Shown one piece after another: positions 25,721-35,044 of a stretch of DNA of 52,523 bases (positions within the stretch are counted from its first letter, which is position 1; every line of letters starts with the position of its first letter). The stretch is from Acholeplasmataceae bacterium (GTDB lineage: Bacteria; Bacillota_I; Bacilli_A; Acholeplasmatales; UBA5453), in assembly GCA_028685975.1 (NCBI GenBank), contig JAQUCY010000001.1, positions 1-52,523 on the forward strand, read 5' to 3'. The notes beneath the pieces are model-generated. The model was not told the origin of the DNA, did no database searches, and saw nothing but the letters and a program-made list of their open reading frames with translations. Position numbers and translations under genes: made by a program.

Positions 25721-28588
25721 ATGTTAAATAAATTACTTAAAAAATCATTTTTAATGATACTAGTCTTAATAAGTGGTCTTTTTGTTTCAACGATTGATGC
25801 TGCCACTTCTGAAACCACTAGTATTTATGTTCACTATTATCGTTTTGATAATAATTATACCCCATGGGATTTATGGGTTTGGCAATCCAAACCTAAAAGT
25901 CTTGAAGGTCAAGCTTACAATTTTTCTGAAGATAATACCGATGAAGCCTACAACCTTGGTGGGGTTGTAACGGTGATTGAATTAACTGGTGCCATCGCAG
26001 ACGCCACCGAGTTTGGTATTATCGTTAGAAAACCAGATTGGTCTTCTAAAGATATTGATAATGATCGTTTCTTTAGTGTGTCAGAAACTAGTGAAAATGG
26101 TACCCAACACATTTACTTAGTTCAAGGAGATCCACTCATTGGTTATTTTTTAAATGATCCTGACGGTCCTTCAAAGTCGCCTAAGTTCACACAATCATTT
26201 TTTACTAAAACAGATGAAATCTCATTTAAAACAACAGAAGCGATAACTGCCGAATCTGTGACTCTTAAAAAAGATGATGTCATTGTTGAACCTAAGTCTA
26301 TCAACATTACTGATAAATCAGGTGTTATTACCTTAAATGAACCGGTTGATTTTGGATCTAAATATGAACTTTTCGCTGTGTTTTCTGATGATAGTATTAA
26401 TAATATTATTGTCATGTTTGATGGTATCTATGATTCAGCTGATTTTGAAAATGCTTTTTATTATGAAGGTGATGATTTAGGTGCACATGTTACTGATACT
26501 AAAACTACATTTAGACTTTGGGCGCCTATTTCAAGTGCCGTTCAATTAAACTTCTATTCAAGTGGTACTACCGTTAAAGATGGCGGTACAACAGACACCC
26601 CAGATCGTGTTGTTGATATGATAGCTGATGTAAATGGAACCTTTTATTATGAAGAAAATAATAATCTTCATAACACTTACTATACCTACAGTGTTACAAA
26701 TGGCCAACAAACATTTGAGGTTGTTGATCCATATGCTTATTCTACTGGTGTTAATGGTAAACGTGGTTTAGTAATTGACTTTGAGCAGGTTAACCCAGCA
26801 GGCTTTACTTATGACTCGCGTGCGAACAATATTATAAATAATACGGACGCAATCATTTATGAACTTCAAGTTAGAGATTTAACGACACATAGTTCATGGA
26901 ATGGTACCGAAGCCAATAGAGGTCGTTTCTTAGGTTTAATTGAAAAAGGGACTACCTTCAACGGCCAAAAGACTGGTTTTGATCATATTCTTGATTTAGG
27001 AGTAACTCATGTTCAACTACTACCATTCTTTGATTTTGGGGTTGTTGATGAAACCAAATTAGATGATGAAGACTATAACGCTTTTAACTGGGGTTATATG
27101 CCACTTCATTTTAATGTACCAGAAGGTTCTTTTAGTAGTAATCCTTATGACGGATTAACAAGAGTGAACGAACTTAAACAAGTGACCATGGCTTATACTG
27201 AAAATAATATCCGTTTAAACATGGACGTGGTATATAACCACACAGGTTTAAGTGCTGATTCAAACTTTAACCAAATAATTCCAGGTTACTATCATAGAAA
27301 AACAGAAACTAGCGCTTTTTATAATGGATCAGGTACTGGTAATGAAACTGCTAGTGAAAGGGCAATGGTTAGAAAGTTTATCATCGATTCTGTAGTCTTT
27401 TGGGCTAAAGAATATAATATTTCAGGATTCAGATTCGATTTAATGGCACTTCATGATATTTCCACAATGAATGAACTTAATAACGCCTTACACGAAATAG
27501 ATCCAACTATCATGGTATATGGTGAACCTTGGATGGGTGGTTCTTCACCACTACCAGCACTTCAACAAGCAGGTAAAGAAAACCTTGATCAAATGGGTAA
27601 TGTCGGCGCATTTAATGACGACTTTAGAGATGCGGTTAAAGGAAGTGTATTTAATCGCGAATATCCAGGATTTGTGAATGGGGAGTTTTCTTCTCAAATA
27701 ATTAATCGTGTTAAATACGGGATTGTTGGTGGGGTTGAACATGAAGCTTTAACGCTTTCTGGGTTATCACAAAGTAAAGCATGGCATGGAGACCCCAATA
27801 AAACCATTAATTATGTCACAGCACATGATAACAATACACTTCATGATAAATTATATCTGACCAATGAAATCACCAATCAATTAGATAAGATTGATGAAAT
27901 GGTTATGCAAGCGTATTCCATTCTATTAACCTCTCAAGGGGTAATGTTTATTCATGCGGGTGATGAAATATTAAGAAGTAAACCAAACGCTAATGGGGAA
28001 GGTTTCGATCATAACAGTTATCAATCACCTGATTCAGTAAACCAAATAAGATGGGATCAAAAATCGCTTGACGATAACTTAAAGGTATACAACCATATTA
28101 AAGGTTTGATTGCTTTAAGAAAGAACGATGATTCATTTAGACTAAAATCAGCTGCTGAAATTAATCAAGCTATTAGTTTTCATTATCAAGCTATTAAAGG
28201 TCTTATCAGTTATCAAATAAGTAATGACAAAGATGTCCTTGTGATACATAATGCTAATGATAATGTAGTTAAACTAGTACTTCCTAGAAATGCTGGCTGG
28301 GATGTTGTTGTAAGTAACGAAGGTGCTGGTACAGAAACTATTCGTTCATATAAAGGTGGGTCAGGTATAAAAGTAGCGCCTCATGAATCTATCATTTTAT
28401 ATAAAAATAATTCTACAGAAAATGTATCTAGCTTCCAATCATTCATGAATAATGTAAATGGGTTCACAACAATTGATGCAGAAACACCTCAAACCTCAAC
28501 TTTATGGTTAGTAATATTAGTTCCATTAGTGGTTTTACTTGCTGTAGCTGGTTGGATAGTATTTATTGTTATTAAAAAGAAAAAGTAA
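25721..28588 (+). CDS. pulA: Extracellular type I pullulanase (CBM41 - CBM48 - GH13), with a signal peptide and a C-terminal TM anchor
   Basis: The start is trimmed to MLNKLLKK (SD AAGGAGGATTAATA-ATG). CBM41-like IYVHYYRFDNNYTPWDLWVWQ. Catalytic motifs DVVYNHT, GFRFDLM, YGEPW and YVTAHDN. The C-terminus is LWLVILVPLVVLLAVAGWIVFIVIKKKK. Confidence 0.92.
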   Translation: MLNKLLKKSFLMILVLISGLFVSTIDAATSETTSIYVHYYRFDNNYTPWDLWVWQSKPKSLEGQAYNFSEDNTDEAYNLGGVVTVIELTGAIADATEFGIIVRKPDWSSKDIDNDRFFSVSETSENGTQHIYLVQGDPLIGYFLNDPDGPSKSPKFTQSFFTKTDEISFKTTEAITAESVTLKKDDVIVEPKSINITDKSGVITLNEPVDFGSKYELFAVFSDDSINNIIVMFDGIYDSADFENAFYYEGDDLGAHVTDTKTTFRLWAPISSAVQLNFYSSGTTVKDGGTTDTPDRVVDMIADVNGTFYYEENNNLHNTYYTYSVTNGQQTFEVVDPYAYSTGVNGKRGLVIDFEQVNPAGFTYDSRANNIINNTDAIIYELQVRDLTTHSSWNGTEANRGRFLGLIEKGTTFNGQKTGFDHILDLGVTHVQLLPFFDFGVVDETKLDDEDYNAFNWGYMPLHFNVPEGSFSSNPYDGLTRVNELKQVTMAYTENNIRLNMDVVYNHTGLSADSNFNQIIPGYYHRKTETSAFYNGSGTGNETASERAMVRKFIIDSVVFWAKEYNISGFRFDLMALHDISTMNELNNALHEIDPTIMVYGEPWMGGSSPLPALQQAGKENLDQMGNVGAFNDDFRDAVKGSVFNREYPGFVNGEFSSQIINRVKYGIVGGVEHEALTLSGLSQSKAWHGDPNKTINYVTAHDNNTLHDKLYLTNEITNQLDKIDEMVMQAYSILLTSQGVMFIHAGDEILRSKPNANGEGFDHNSYQSPDSVNQIRWDQKSLDDNLKVYNHIKGLIALRKNDDSFRLKSAAEINQAISFHYQAIKGLISYQISNDKDVLVIHNANDNVVKLVLPRNAGWDVVVSNEGAGTETIRSYKGGSGIKVAPHESIILYKNNSTENVSSFQSFMNNVNGFTTIDAETPQTSTLWLVILVPLVVLLAVAGWIVFIVIKKKK

Positions 28589-28599
28589 ATTTATCAAAC

Positions 28600-28634
28600 A
28601 AAAAAAGGCCAGTTCTGACGAACTAGCCTTTTTA
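28600..28634. terminator. Bidirectional terminator shared by the convergent pulA and mscL
   Basis: A7-AGGCCAGTTC-TGAC-GAACTAGCCT-T5, with one internal mismatch. Confidence 0.6.
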
Positions 28635-28639
28635 TTATC

Positions 28640-29149
28640 TTATTTAGTCTTTTTTAACTCGTCTCTGATTTCTCTAAGTAATAAGATATCTTCAGGGATA
28701 ACTGGTTCAGGTGGAACAACTTCTTTTTCTTTTTCAGAAACAGGTTCACCTTTTTGTAGTTTCGCTCTAATTTGAGCTTTTCTCAATTCACGACGTTTAT
28801 CTAACATAACAACTATTTTTATAATTATGAATAAAGTTAAACCAATAATTAAAAAGTCAATAATAGATTGAACGAATTTACCCCAATAAAGCAATACTGC
28901 GTCTGCATCTTTATAAAATTCTACAAGACCAGTATCTGGATTAGTTTGATAACCCGCTTCACCTCTTAATACTAAAAACTGTCCCGCAATGTCACCTTTT
29001 GTCAATAAACTAATTACCGGCATTATCACATCATTTACAAGACTGCTTACAATCTTGTTAAATGCGCCACCGATAATAATCCCAACCGCAAGGTCTAGGA
29101 CATTCCCTTTCATGATAAATGCGCCAAAATCTTTAAAAAATTTCTTCAT
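28640..29149 (-). CDS. mscL: Large-conductance mechanosensitive channel
   Basis: Motifs MKKFFKDFGAFIMKGNVLDLAVGIIIGGAFNKIVSSLVNDVIMP and C-terminal EDILLLREIRDEL. The track start is a GTG at 29161; ATG 29149 is preferred (SD AAGGTGA 8 nt upstream). Confidence 0.9.
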   Translation of the reverse strand: MKKFFKDFGAFIMKGNVLDLAVGIIIGGAFNKIVSSLVNDVIMPVISLLTKGDIAGQFLVLRGEAGYQTNPDTGLVEFYKDADAVLLYWGKFVQSIIDFLIIGLTLFIIIKIVVMLDKRRELRKAQIRAKLQKGEPVSEKEKEVVPPEPVIPEDILLLREIRDELKKTK

Positions 29150-29153
29150 GATT

Positions 29154-29807
29154 TTATTCACCTTTCTCCATATCCTTTACAATTTTAATTATATCACTAA
29201 TCTGGTTAATTACAATACTAGTTTTTTGTTTTAATCTTGATATAGATTGGTGTCCCCCACTATATAAAACCGGATAAACTCCCATCTTTATGGCAACATC
29301 AAAATCATAAATAGTATCTCCAATATAAAGACAGGATTTCGGATCAATGTTGTGTTCTTTAATAAAACTTAAACCCACTTCTTCCTTGTTATGATTAGTA
29401 ATATCAGAAGTGCCTAAAATATAATCAAAGTAAGGATTAATTTGATAATGATTCACTTGTTCAATTAAGTTGTTTTGTTCGGAAGCAGATAAAACAATGT
29501 GCTTAATCCCTTCGTCGTGTAAGATTTTAAGCGTACTTAACAAACCCTTGTGTAGTGATTGTTCCAAACTTTGAGGTTGATATTTGGCAATATACCACAC
29601 TGACATCTCCTCAAATGATTTATGTTCAAAACTAATCCCTGTTTTAAGGTAATAGTCTTGGATTGGAAAACCAAACACATCTAAGTACTGATCCATAGAA
29701 AGACTGGGTTTGTTTTGTTTTTTCAACATCTCATTTAATAATACTAATGATAATTCTCTATCGTCTAAGATAGTGCCATTAAAATCCCAAAATATGTATT
29801 TAATCAT
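29154..29807 (-). CDS. HAD-superfamily phosphatase (phosphoglycolate phosphatase-like)
   Basis: Motif I is DFNGT in IFWDFNGTILDD; motif IV is GDTIYD. 217 aa. Confidence 0.8.
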   Translation of the reverse strand: MIKYIFWDFNGTILDDRELSLVLLNEMLKKQNKPSLSMDQYLDVFGFPIQDYYLKTGISFEHKSFEEMSVWYIAKYQPQSLEQSLHKGLLSTLKILHDEGIKHIVLSASEQNNLIEQVNHYQINPYFDYILGTSDITNHNKEEVGLSFIKEHNIDPKSCLYIGDTIYDFDVAIKMGVYPVLYSGGHQSISRLKQKTSIVINQISDIIKIVKDMEKGE

Positions 29808-29813
29808 AATTCC

Positions 29814-30260
29814 TCACTTATGGTATGGATGGTTTTCCATTATCTTAAAAGCTCTATATATTTGTTCGACTAACATTAATTTAAATAACTGATGTGGGAA
29901 AGTCATTTTCGAAAAGCTGAGTTTATGTGTCGCGCATCTCATAACCTCATCTGACAATCCATATGAACCACCAATAACAAAACAAATATCTTTATTTGGC
30001 ATTAAAACCAACTCATTTAAATAGGTTGAAAATTCAATTGAATCCATCATTCTACCTTTTATAGCCATTACGATAACGTTTGAATTTTTAGGCATCCTTT
30101 TTAATATAGCTTTTCCTTCTTTAACAACACCCTCTTTGGTAGGCTCATCGCTTATTTCAATAAATTCAACTGGGTAAGGTAATTGTTTAACATAGGATTC
30201 AATTTCTTTTTGGTAAGTGTTTTGTTTCATTTTCCCAACTGAAATGATGGTAATTGTCAT
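29814..30260 (-). CDS. rlmH: 23S rRNA (pseudouridine1915-N3)-methyltransferase, SPOUT family
   Basis: 148 aa. Contains FVIGGSYGLSDEV and TFPHQLFKLMLVEQIYRA. Confidence 0.9.
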   Translation of the reverse strand: MTITIISVGKMKQNTYQKEIESYVKQLPYPVEFIEISDEPTKEGVVKEGKAILKRMPKNSNVIVMAIKGRMMDSIEFSTYLNELVLMPNKDICFVIGGSYGLSDEVMRCATHKLSFSKMTFPHQLFKLMLVEQIYRAFKIMENHPYHK

Positions 30261-31024
30261 AGTTTAATAACCTTTAATGGTCCCACTTGAGAAGCATTTA
30301 TAAACTTTAAATCATCAATTTCAACACCTTGAGTCATTAAAACTTGTTGATAGGTGTGTTTAATCGCCTCTTGATTATTACACTCCTCACTTATATGTGC
30401 GTGGATAACATACTTGGTATTATCACCTTTCATTTTAGAAAAGTAATAGGCAGAATCCTCATTAGATAAATGACCCTTTTCATTTAATATTCGTTTTATT
30501 AATTGGTAAGGTCTTCTACTGGTTCTAAGTAAATATGGGTCATGATTAGATTCTAAGTAATATAAATCATGATTTTTTAAGAGACCTAACAAGTCTTCTT
30601 TAATATAGCCTGTATCAGTTATATAACAAATACTTTTTACATTATTTTGAAAAACGAACCCTAACGGTTCTTTAGCATCATGACTTAATGGAATTGGTAA
30701 AACAGTTAAGTTTTCAAAATATAACGGTTCTAATGCCTTAATAATTTTAATGTTACTTGTTAATTTTAAGTATGTATTAGTTCCTTTTGAAACGTATATT
30801 GTTGGATTAGCGTTTTTTAATAAGATTTTTAATCCATTTACATGATCCGAATGTTCATGTGTTATAAAAAGATGAGTCAAATCTTTAATGTCGACTTCAT
30901 TTTCTTTTAAGGCATTCGCAATTCTTGTATAAGATATTCCAGCATCTATTAATATCTTGTAATTAGCGGTTTCTATATAGGAACAGTTGCCTTTTGAACC
31001 AGATGCAATTGAGAGAAATTTCAT
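30257..31024 (-). CDS. MBL-fold metallo-hydrolase (YycJ/WalJ-like)
   Basis: Motif ITHEHSDHVNGL. Adjacent to rlmH, as near the yyc region of Bacillus. Confidence 0.8.
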   Translation of the reverse strand: MKFLSIASGSKGNCSYIETANYKILIDAGISYTRIANALKENEVDIKDLTHLFITHEHSDHVNGLKILLKNANPTIYVSKGTNTYLKLTSNIKIIKALEPLYFENLTVLPIPLSHDAKEPLGFVFQNNVKSICYITDTGYIKEDLLGLLKNHDLYYLESNHDPYLLRTSRRPYQLIKRILNEKGHLSNEDSAYYFSKMKGDNTKYVIHAHISEECNNQEAIKHTYQQVLMTQGVEIDDLKFINASQVGPLKVIKL

Positions 31025-31040
31025 TTTATCACCGTAATCT

Positions 31041-31049
31041 ATTTTATCA
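31041..31049 (-). promoter_or_regulatory. Extended -10 promoter candidate for the MBL-rlmH-HAD-mscL unit
   Basis: The minus strand reads TGATAAAAT, with SD GGTGA upstream of ATG 31024. Confidence 0.35.
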
Positions 31050-31141
31050 TATAAAAAAATAGTTTTGCTAAATAATGTTTTTTTGGTAAAATAATAATCA
31101 GTTTAGCTGTTTGTCTTTTCTTTAAGAGACTTATAAAAGAA

Positions 31142-31170
31142 TTGCAAACGGTTTATAACTATGTTATATT
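31142..31170 (+). promoter_or_regulatory. Promoter of the PrsA-like lipoprotein gene
   Basis: TTGCAA - 17 nt - TATATT with TGT upstream of the -10. Confidence 0.5.
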
Positions 31171-31205
31171 ATTAATGCTGTAACAAAATCCAAGGAGTGA
31201 AAAAC

Positions 31206-34055
31206 GTGAATAAAGCAAATAATTTTAAACGAGTTTTGGGGCTACTTATTGTCTTAGTAACCACACTAACTCTAGCAGCTTGCGGAAGTAAGGCTGCTAA
31301 AATTCCATACGGTTCATTAGACGATACCGCCTATATTAAGGGAGACGGTTTTGAAATAACCGAAAAAGAACTATACGATGAAATGAAAGTTTCTGGTACT
31401 AACGTTCTTATTAGAATGTTTAATGAAATTCTTTTTAAAGATCAATTAGCAACAATTAATGCTAATTTTGAAGATCACAAACAAATGGTGGCAGATTATG
31501 CAAATAAATCAATATTTGGCACAAATGTATTAGAAGATCTTCAAGAGATGGATGATGAAGTTCTCACAAAGAAAATTGACTCTTATGTTGATTCTATGTA
31601 TTTAGCTGGTATTAGTATTACTGCAAATGACATTGATAGAGAAAACTTCCTAAACCATGGCGACATTGTATTAGATTATTACAAATTAGACGCTGCTAAA
31701 AAGATTTATGCGAAAGAAAAACTAGAATTAGAAGTGGTTGATGAAGAATCAACTAGTTATATTGATAAAAACAAAGATATCCAAACTTATTTTACTGCTA
31801 ACGTTCAAAAACGTTACGAGTTAAGTTCTATTAACATTCGTTTTACGAATAGTTATGAAGCAAATCAAACCTTGAAACAATTTGCTTTAAAACAATATCG
31901 TTCACAATGGTTTGGAATTCAAGACCCAAGAGTTGAAATTGTAGATGGTTATGCATTAGAAGTAATGACTGATTTAGGTTTTACCAATGATGGCGCATTA
32001 AACGATGTTGATTATCAAAAATATTATGATGCTTACCAAGTAAACCCAGACCGTATCCCAACAGAACATGCTGACTCAGCACTATCGATGGATGAAGTCT
32101 TAGTTAAATTCTTAGAAATCTATAACTATGTATACCCATATAGAACTCAAATTGATGTTAATGCTTATCAAACTGTTCAATCTGTTTTAGATGACGAAAC
32201 ATTAGTTAATACCGACGAAGAAAACTTAGGTGTTTTCACAAGAACTTATGAAGATTTCCCTTCTAGTCAATCTACCTTAAGAACTTACATTTATGATACC
32301 TTAAGCGTGAAAGAAAATGGAACCAGATTTACTGCAGCTCCAAGAAGCTATGGTAACTACTATTACATCGTCTTCAAACTTGCAGATCACAATGAAGACC
32401 TACTTGCACAATTAGATGAAGACGACAAATTAATCGTATGGGCAGATGAAGCAAAGACAACTTTAACTGAACATGCACAAACTTATTACGATAAGCTTGT
32501 TGAATCTAAATTAACTGATTCCTATATAAATAATAAAGCAAGCACTAAATTAACTGATAGTGACATTAAAATTTATGATGAAGACCTTCATCTATACTTG
32601 TCAATGAGTTATTCAAACATTGAATTACCTAAGAAAATTGGTAATGATCTCCTTGCAACGGTTGATGGTACTGAAATTAAAGTAGATGATTTCTACAGTA
32701 AATTAGAAACTCAATTAGGGGTTAGTGTTGCCTTAGATTTGGCTTTAAGAGAAGCTTTATTAAATAGTGACTATTTTGATGAAATCACAGATGCTCAAAT
32801 GAAAGAATACCGTTCTAACATTGAAACAATGATTCAACAATTTGGTCAAGACCAATTCGCATCAAGTGGCTTCCCAGCTTCAATGGGAAGAAAGAACTTC
32901 TTACGTTTAGCATTTAGAGCTAATTCTATTGATGAAGCTATTGAAAATGTTTATGTATCTGCTGAAGTTGAAAAGTTATTCTTAAGTGATTACGAAGCCC
33001 ACTTTGGTACAGAAATCTATGACAAGTTCGCTACTGTCGCAAACCGTTTAATGGATCAATTCTTCTCAATTAGTTCTTCTCACCTATTAATTTATGTGGA
33101 CATGGATGAAGATGATAACCATGACGTTCCAAGCGAATTCTTTGAAACCTTATCTCAAGCTAAAGTATTAGAATACGAAACACTGATTACAGAACTTATG
33201 CAGTTGATTCACGATGAAGTAAGTAAATATCCTTCATTCTCAACAGGATTTTCAACAATCGTTAAAGAATACAATGACAGTGCTAAATTTATACCTGCTG
33301 GTTCAATCCCAGGTTCTACTCCAGAACATAAATGGGCTAGATTCAAAGCTGCTGGTCTACAAATCATGTATGAATCATTGGGTGCTACAACGAACCAAAC
33401 TAACTATCCTGGTCAGCAATCTTCATTAGATAAGAAATTCTTTGAACGTGAAGCAGAATTATATACAACCCTTAAAGAAGATTATTATGATGTAGACAAC
33501 AAGTTCCCTTCACAAAAACTTGATTCAAAACCAGTAACTTATGATGATGTATTAGAAACCAGCTTCGGTTGGCATTTGATTCTTGCGACAGGTGGACAAG
33601 TTGCTAAGTCAGCTAAATTCACTTTCGAAGATGACAATTATGCAAAAACTGGTGATGAGAAGAAAATCTATGAAAACATCGCTATTGAAGCCAAAGATGG
33701 TACAAAAACCTACTATAACGCTTATAGTGAAACCGATCATATCTCATCAAATCAAATCCGTATTTACTTAAATGAATTTAAAACTGAGTTTGGTGTAACA
33801 AGTCTTCCTACAGCGGTTAAAGACGCAATCAACGCTTACTTTACCCCAGTTAAGACTAACTATGAAAATAACTACACTAAACTTCATATATTATCTAACT
33901 ACTTAAAAGATGCGAACGTTACTTATAGTAACCCATTAAATGAAGCACGCGTAACTCAATTGCTTGTCATTAATGAAAACCAATTCTTAAGTTATGATAG
34001 AACAAATAATTTATTCATGGATGTTTATGGAGACTGGTTCACAATCTTTGATTAA
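31206..34055 (+). CDS. Very large (949 aa) PrsA/SurA-like foldase lipoprotein with a C-terminal parvulin-type PPIase-like domain
   Basis: GTG 31206 lies 8 nt after SD AAGGAG; the track start at GTG 31197 overlaps the SD. Lipobox LTLAAC-GS. SurA_N-like ITEKELYDEMKVSGTNVLIRMFNEILF. Parvulin hallmarks are SSSHLLIYV and SFGWHLILATGG, separated by a long insertion. Confidence 0.75.
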   Translation: MNKANNFKRVLGLLIVLVTTLTLAACGSKAAKIPYGSLDDTAYIKGDGFEITEKELYDEMKVSGTNVLIRMFNEILFKDQLATINANFEDHKQMVADYANKSIFGTNVLEDLQEMDDEVLTKKIDSYVDSMYLAGISITANDIDRENFLNHGDIVLDYYKLDAAKKIYAKEKLELEVVDEESTSYIDKNKDIQTYFTANVQKRYELSSINIRFTNSYEANQTLKQFALKQYRSQWFGIQDPRVEIVDGYALEVMTDLGFTNDGALNDVDYQKYYDAYQVNPDRIPTEHADSALSMDEVLVKFLEIYNYVYPYRTQIDVNAYQTVQSVLDDETLVNTDEENLGVFTRTYEDFPSSQSTLRTYIYDTLSVKENGTRFTAAPRSYGNYYYIVFKLADHNEDLLAQLDEDDKLIVWADEAKTTLTEHAQTYYDKLVESKLTDSYINNKASTKLTDSDIKIYDEDLHLYLSMSYSNIELPKKIGNDLLATVDGTEIKVDDFYSKLETQLGVSVALDLALREALLNSDYFDEITDAQMKEYRSNIETMIQQFGQDQFASSGFPASMGRKNFLRLAFRANSIDEAIENVYVSAEVEKLFLSDYEAHFGTEIYDKFATVANRLMDQFFSISSSHLLIYVDMDEDDNHDVPSEFFETLSQAKVLEYETLITELMQLIHDEVSKYPSFSTGFSTIVKEYNDSAKFIPAGSIPGSTPEHKWARFKAAGLQIMYESLGATTNQTNYPGQQSSLDKKFFEREAELYTTLKEDYYDVDNKFPSQKLDSKPVTYDDVLETSFGWHLILATGGQVAKSAKFTFEDDNYAKTGDEKKIYENIAIEAKDGTKTYYNAYSETDHISSNQIRIYLNEFKTEFGVTSLPTAVKDAINAYFTPVKTNYENNYTKLHILSNYLKDANVTYSNPLNEARVTQLLVINENQFLSYDRTNNLFMDVYGDWFTIFD

Positions 34056-34062
34056 TAATTTG

Positions 34063-34088
34063 ACAGCCTAGCAATAGGCTGTTTTTTT
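34063..34088 (+). terminator. Terminator of the PrsA-like gene
   Basis: ACAGCCTA-GCAA-TAGGCTGT followed by T6. Confidence 0.7.
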
Positions 34089-34096
34089 ACGTCATT

Positions 34097-34120
34097 AAAA
34101 AAGCACACCGTTTGGTGTGC
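34097..34120 (-). terminator. Terminator of the cca-amyX-yhaM unit
   Basis: The minus strand reads GCACACC-AAAC-GGTGTGC followed by T6. Confidence 0.65.
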
Positions 34121-34137
34121 TCTTTAATTAATATTCA

Positions 34138-35040
34138 CTATTTTATATTATGTTTGTACATCTTCGTTTTATCAATAACGCCAATTGGAGGGGTAAATGT
34201 ACTTGGTTCTGTATTTTCTAATACTTCGCCTAAAACTGTAAACTTAGAGTCAATAGTATCGACATACCAGACTAATAACGCCTCAGCGGTTTGCGGTCTT
34301 TTTGCCGCTCCAAAGTTTGGTAGGCCATGATGGGCTAATAAAATATGATTTAACATCAATACTTCTTCTGTAGCTTGGTAGCCTAATTTAGTTGCCTCTA
34401 TCACAACTTTTTGACTGATCATCACTAGATGACCTATTAACTGACCTTCTGCCGTATATTCACCACCCTCAAAGCCTGAAAGTTCTTCAACTTTACACAA
34501 ATCATGCAAAATAATCGCGCTATATACCAAGTCTTTATTAATAAAAGGGTAAACCTCAATAAACTTAGTCGCTAAATCTAACATGGTCTTTGTGTGATAA
34601 GCTAAACCACCAATATAGGCATGATGAAACTTAACAGCTGCTGGATAAGTATAGAATCCTTTTTCATAGGTTTTGTAGAGGTTAGTGGTAACTTCTAGTA
34701 AAACTTTATTCGTAATTTGTCCTAAATGAGCTTCGATTGCTTGTTTAATTTCTGTGGTAGAAACAGGAGAAAACTCATAGTATTCAGATAATTTTTCTTT
34801 TAATTCCACTGGGTCAGTCACATAATCAAATAGCTCTTGATAATTCACTAAATGATTTTGAATTTTATCATTATGAACCACTTGTTCAAACTCAAAATGA
34901 TACACTTTATCTACTTTAATATCGTAAGCTTGTTCCTTAGTAAGTTTGATGTTTAAACGTTCATTCTTACTAGATACGATATTACAGTTGAAATAATCTT
35001 CTCCAATATTTAAATTTTCAATTTTTCCTTCAATAAACAT
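34138..35040 (-). CDS. yhaM: 3'-5' exoribonuclease YhaM (OB fold + HD domain)
   Basis: Motifs HHAYIGGLAYHTKTML, ILHDLCK and GHLV. 300 aa. SD AGAGGAGTGA. Confidence 0.85.
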   Translation of the reverse strand: MFIEGKIENLNIGEDYFNCNIVSSKNERLNIKLTKEQAYDIKVDKVYHFEFEQVVHNDKIQNHLVNYQELFDYVTDPVELKEKLSEYYEFSPVSTTEIKQAIEAHLGQITNKVLLEVTTNLYKTYEKGFYTYPAAVKFHHAYIGGLAYHTKTMLDLATKFIEVYPFINKDLVYSAIILHDLCKVEELSGFEGGEYTAEGQLIGHLVMISQKVVIEATKLGYQATEEVLMLNHILLAHHGLPNFGAAKRPQTAEALLVWYVDTIDSKFTVLGEVLENTEPSTFTPPIGVIDKTKMYKHNIK

Positions 35041-35044
35041 TTTT

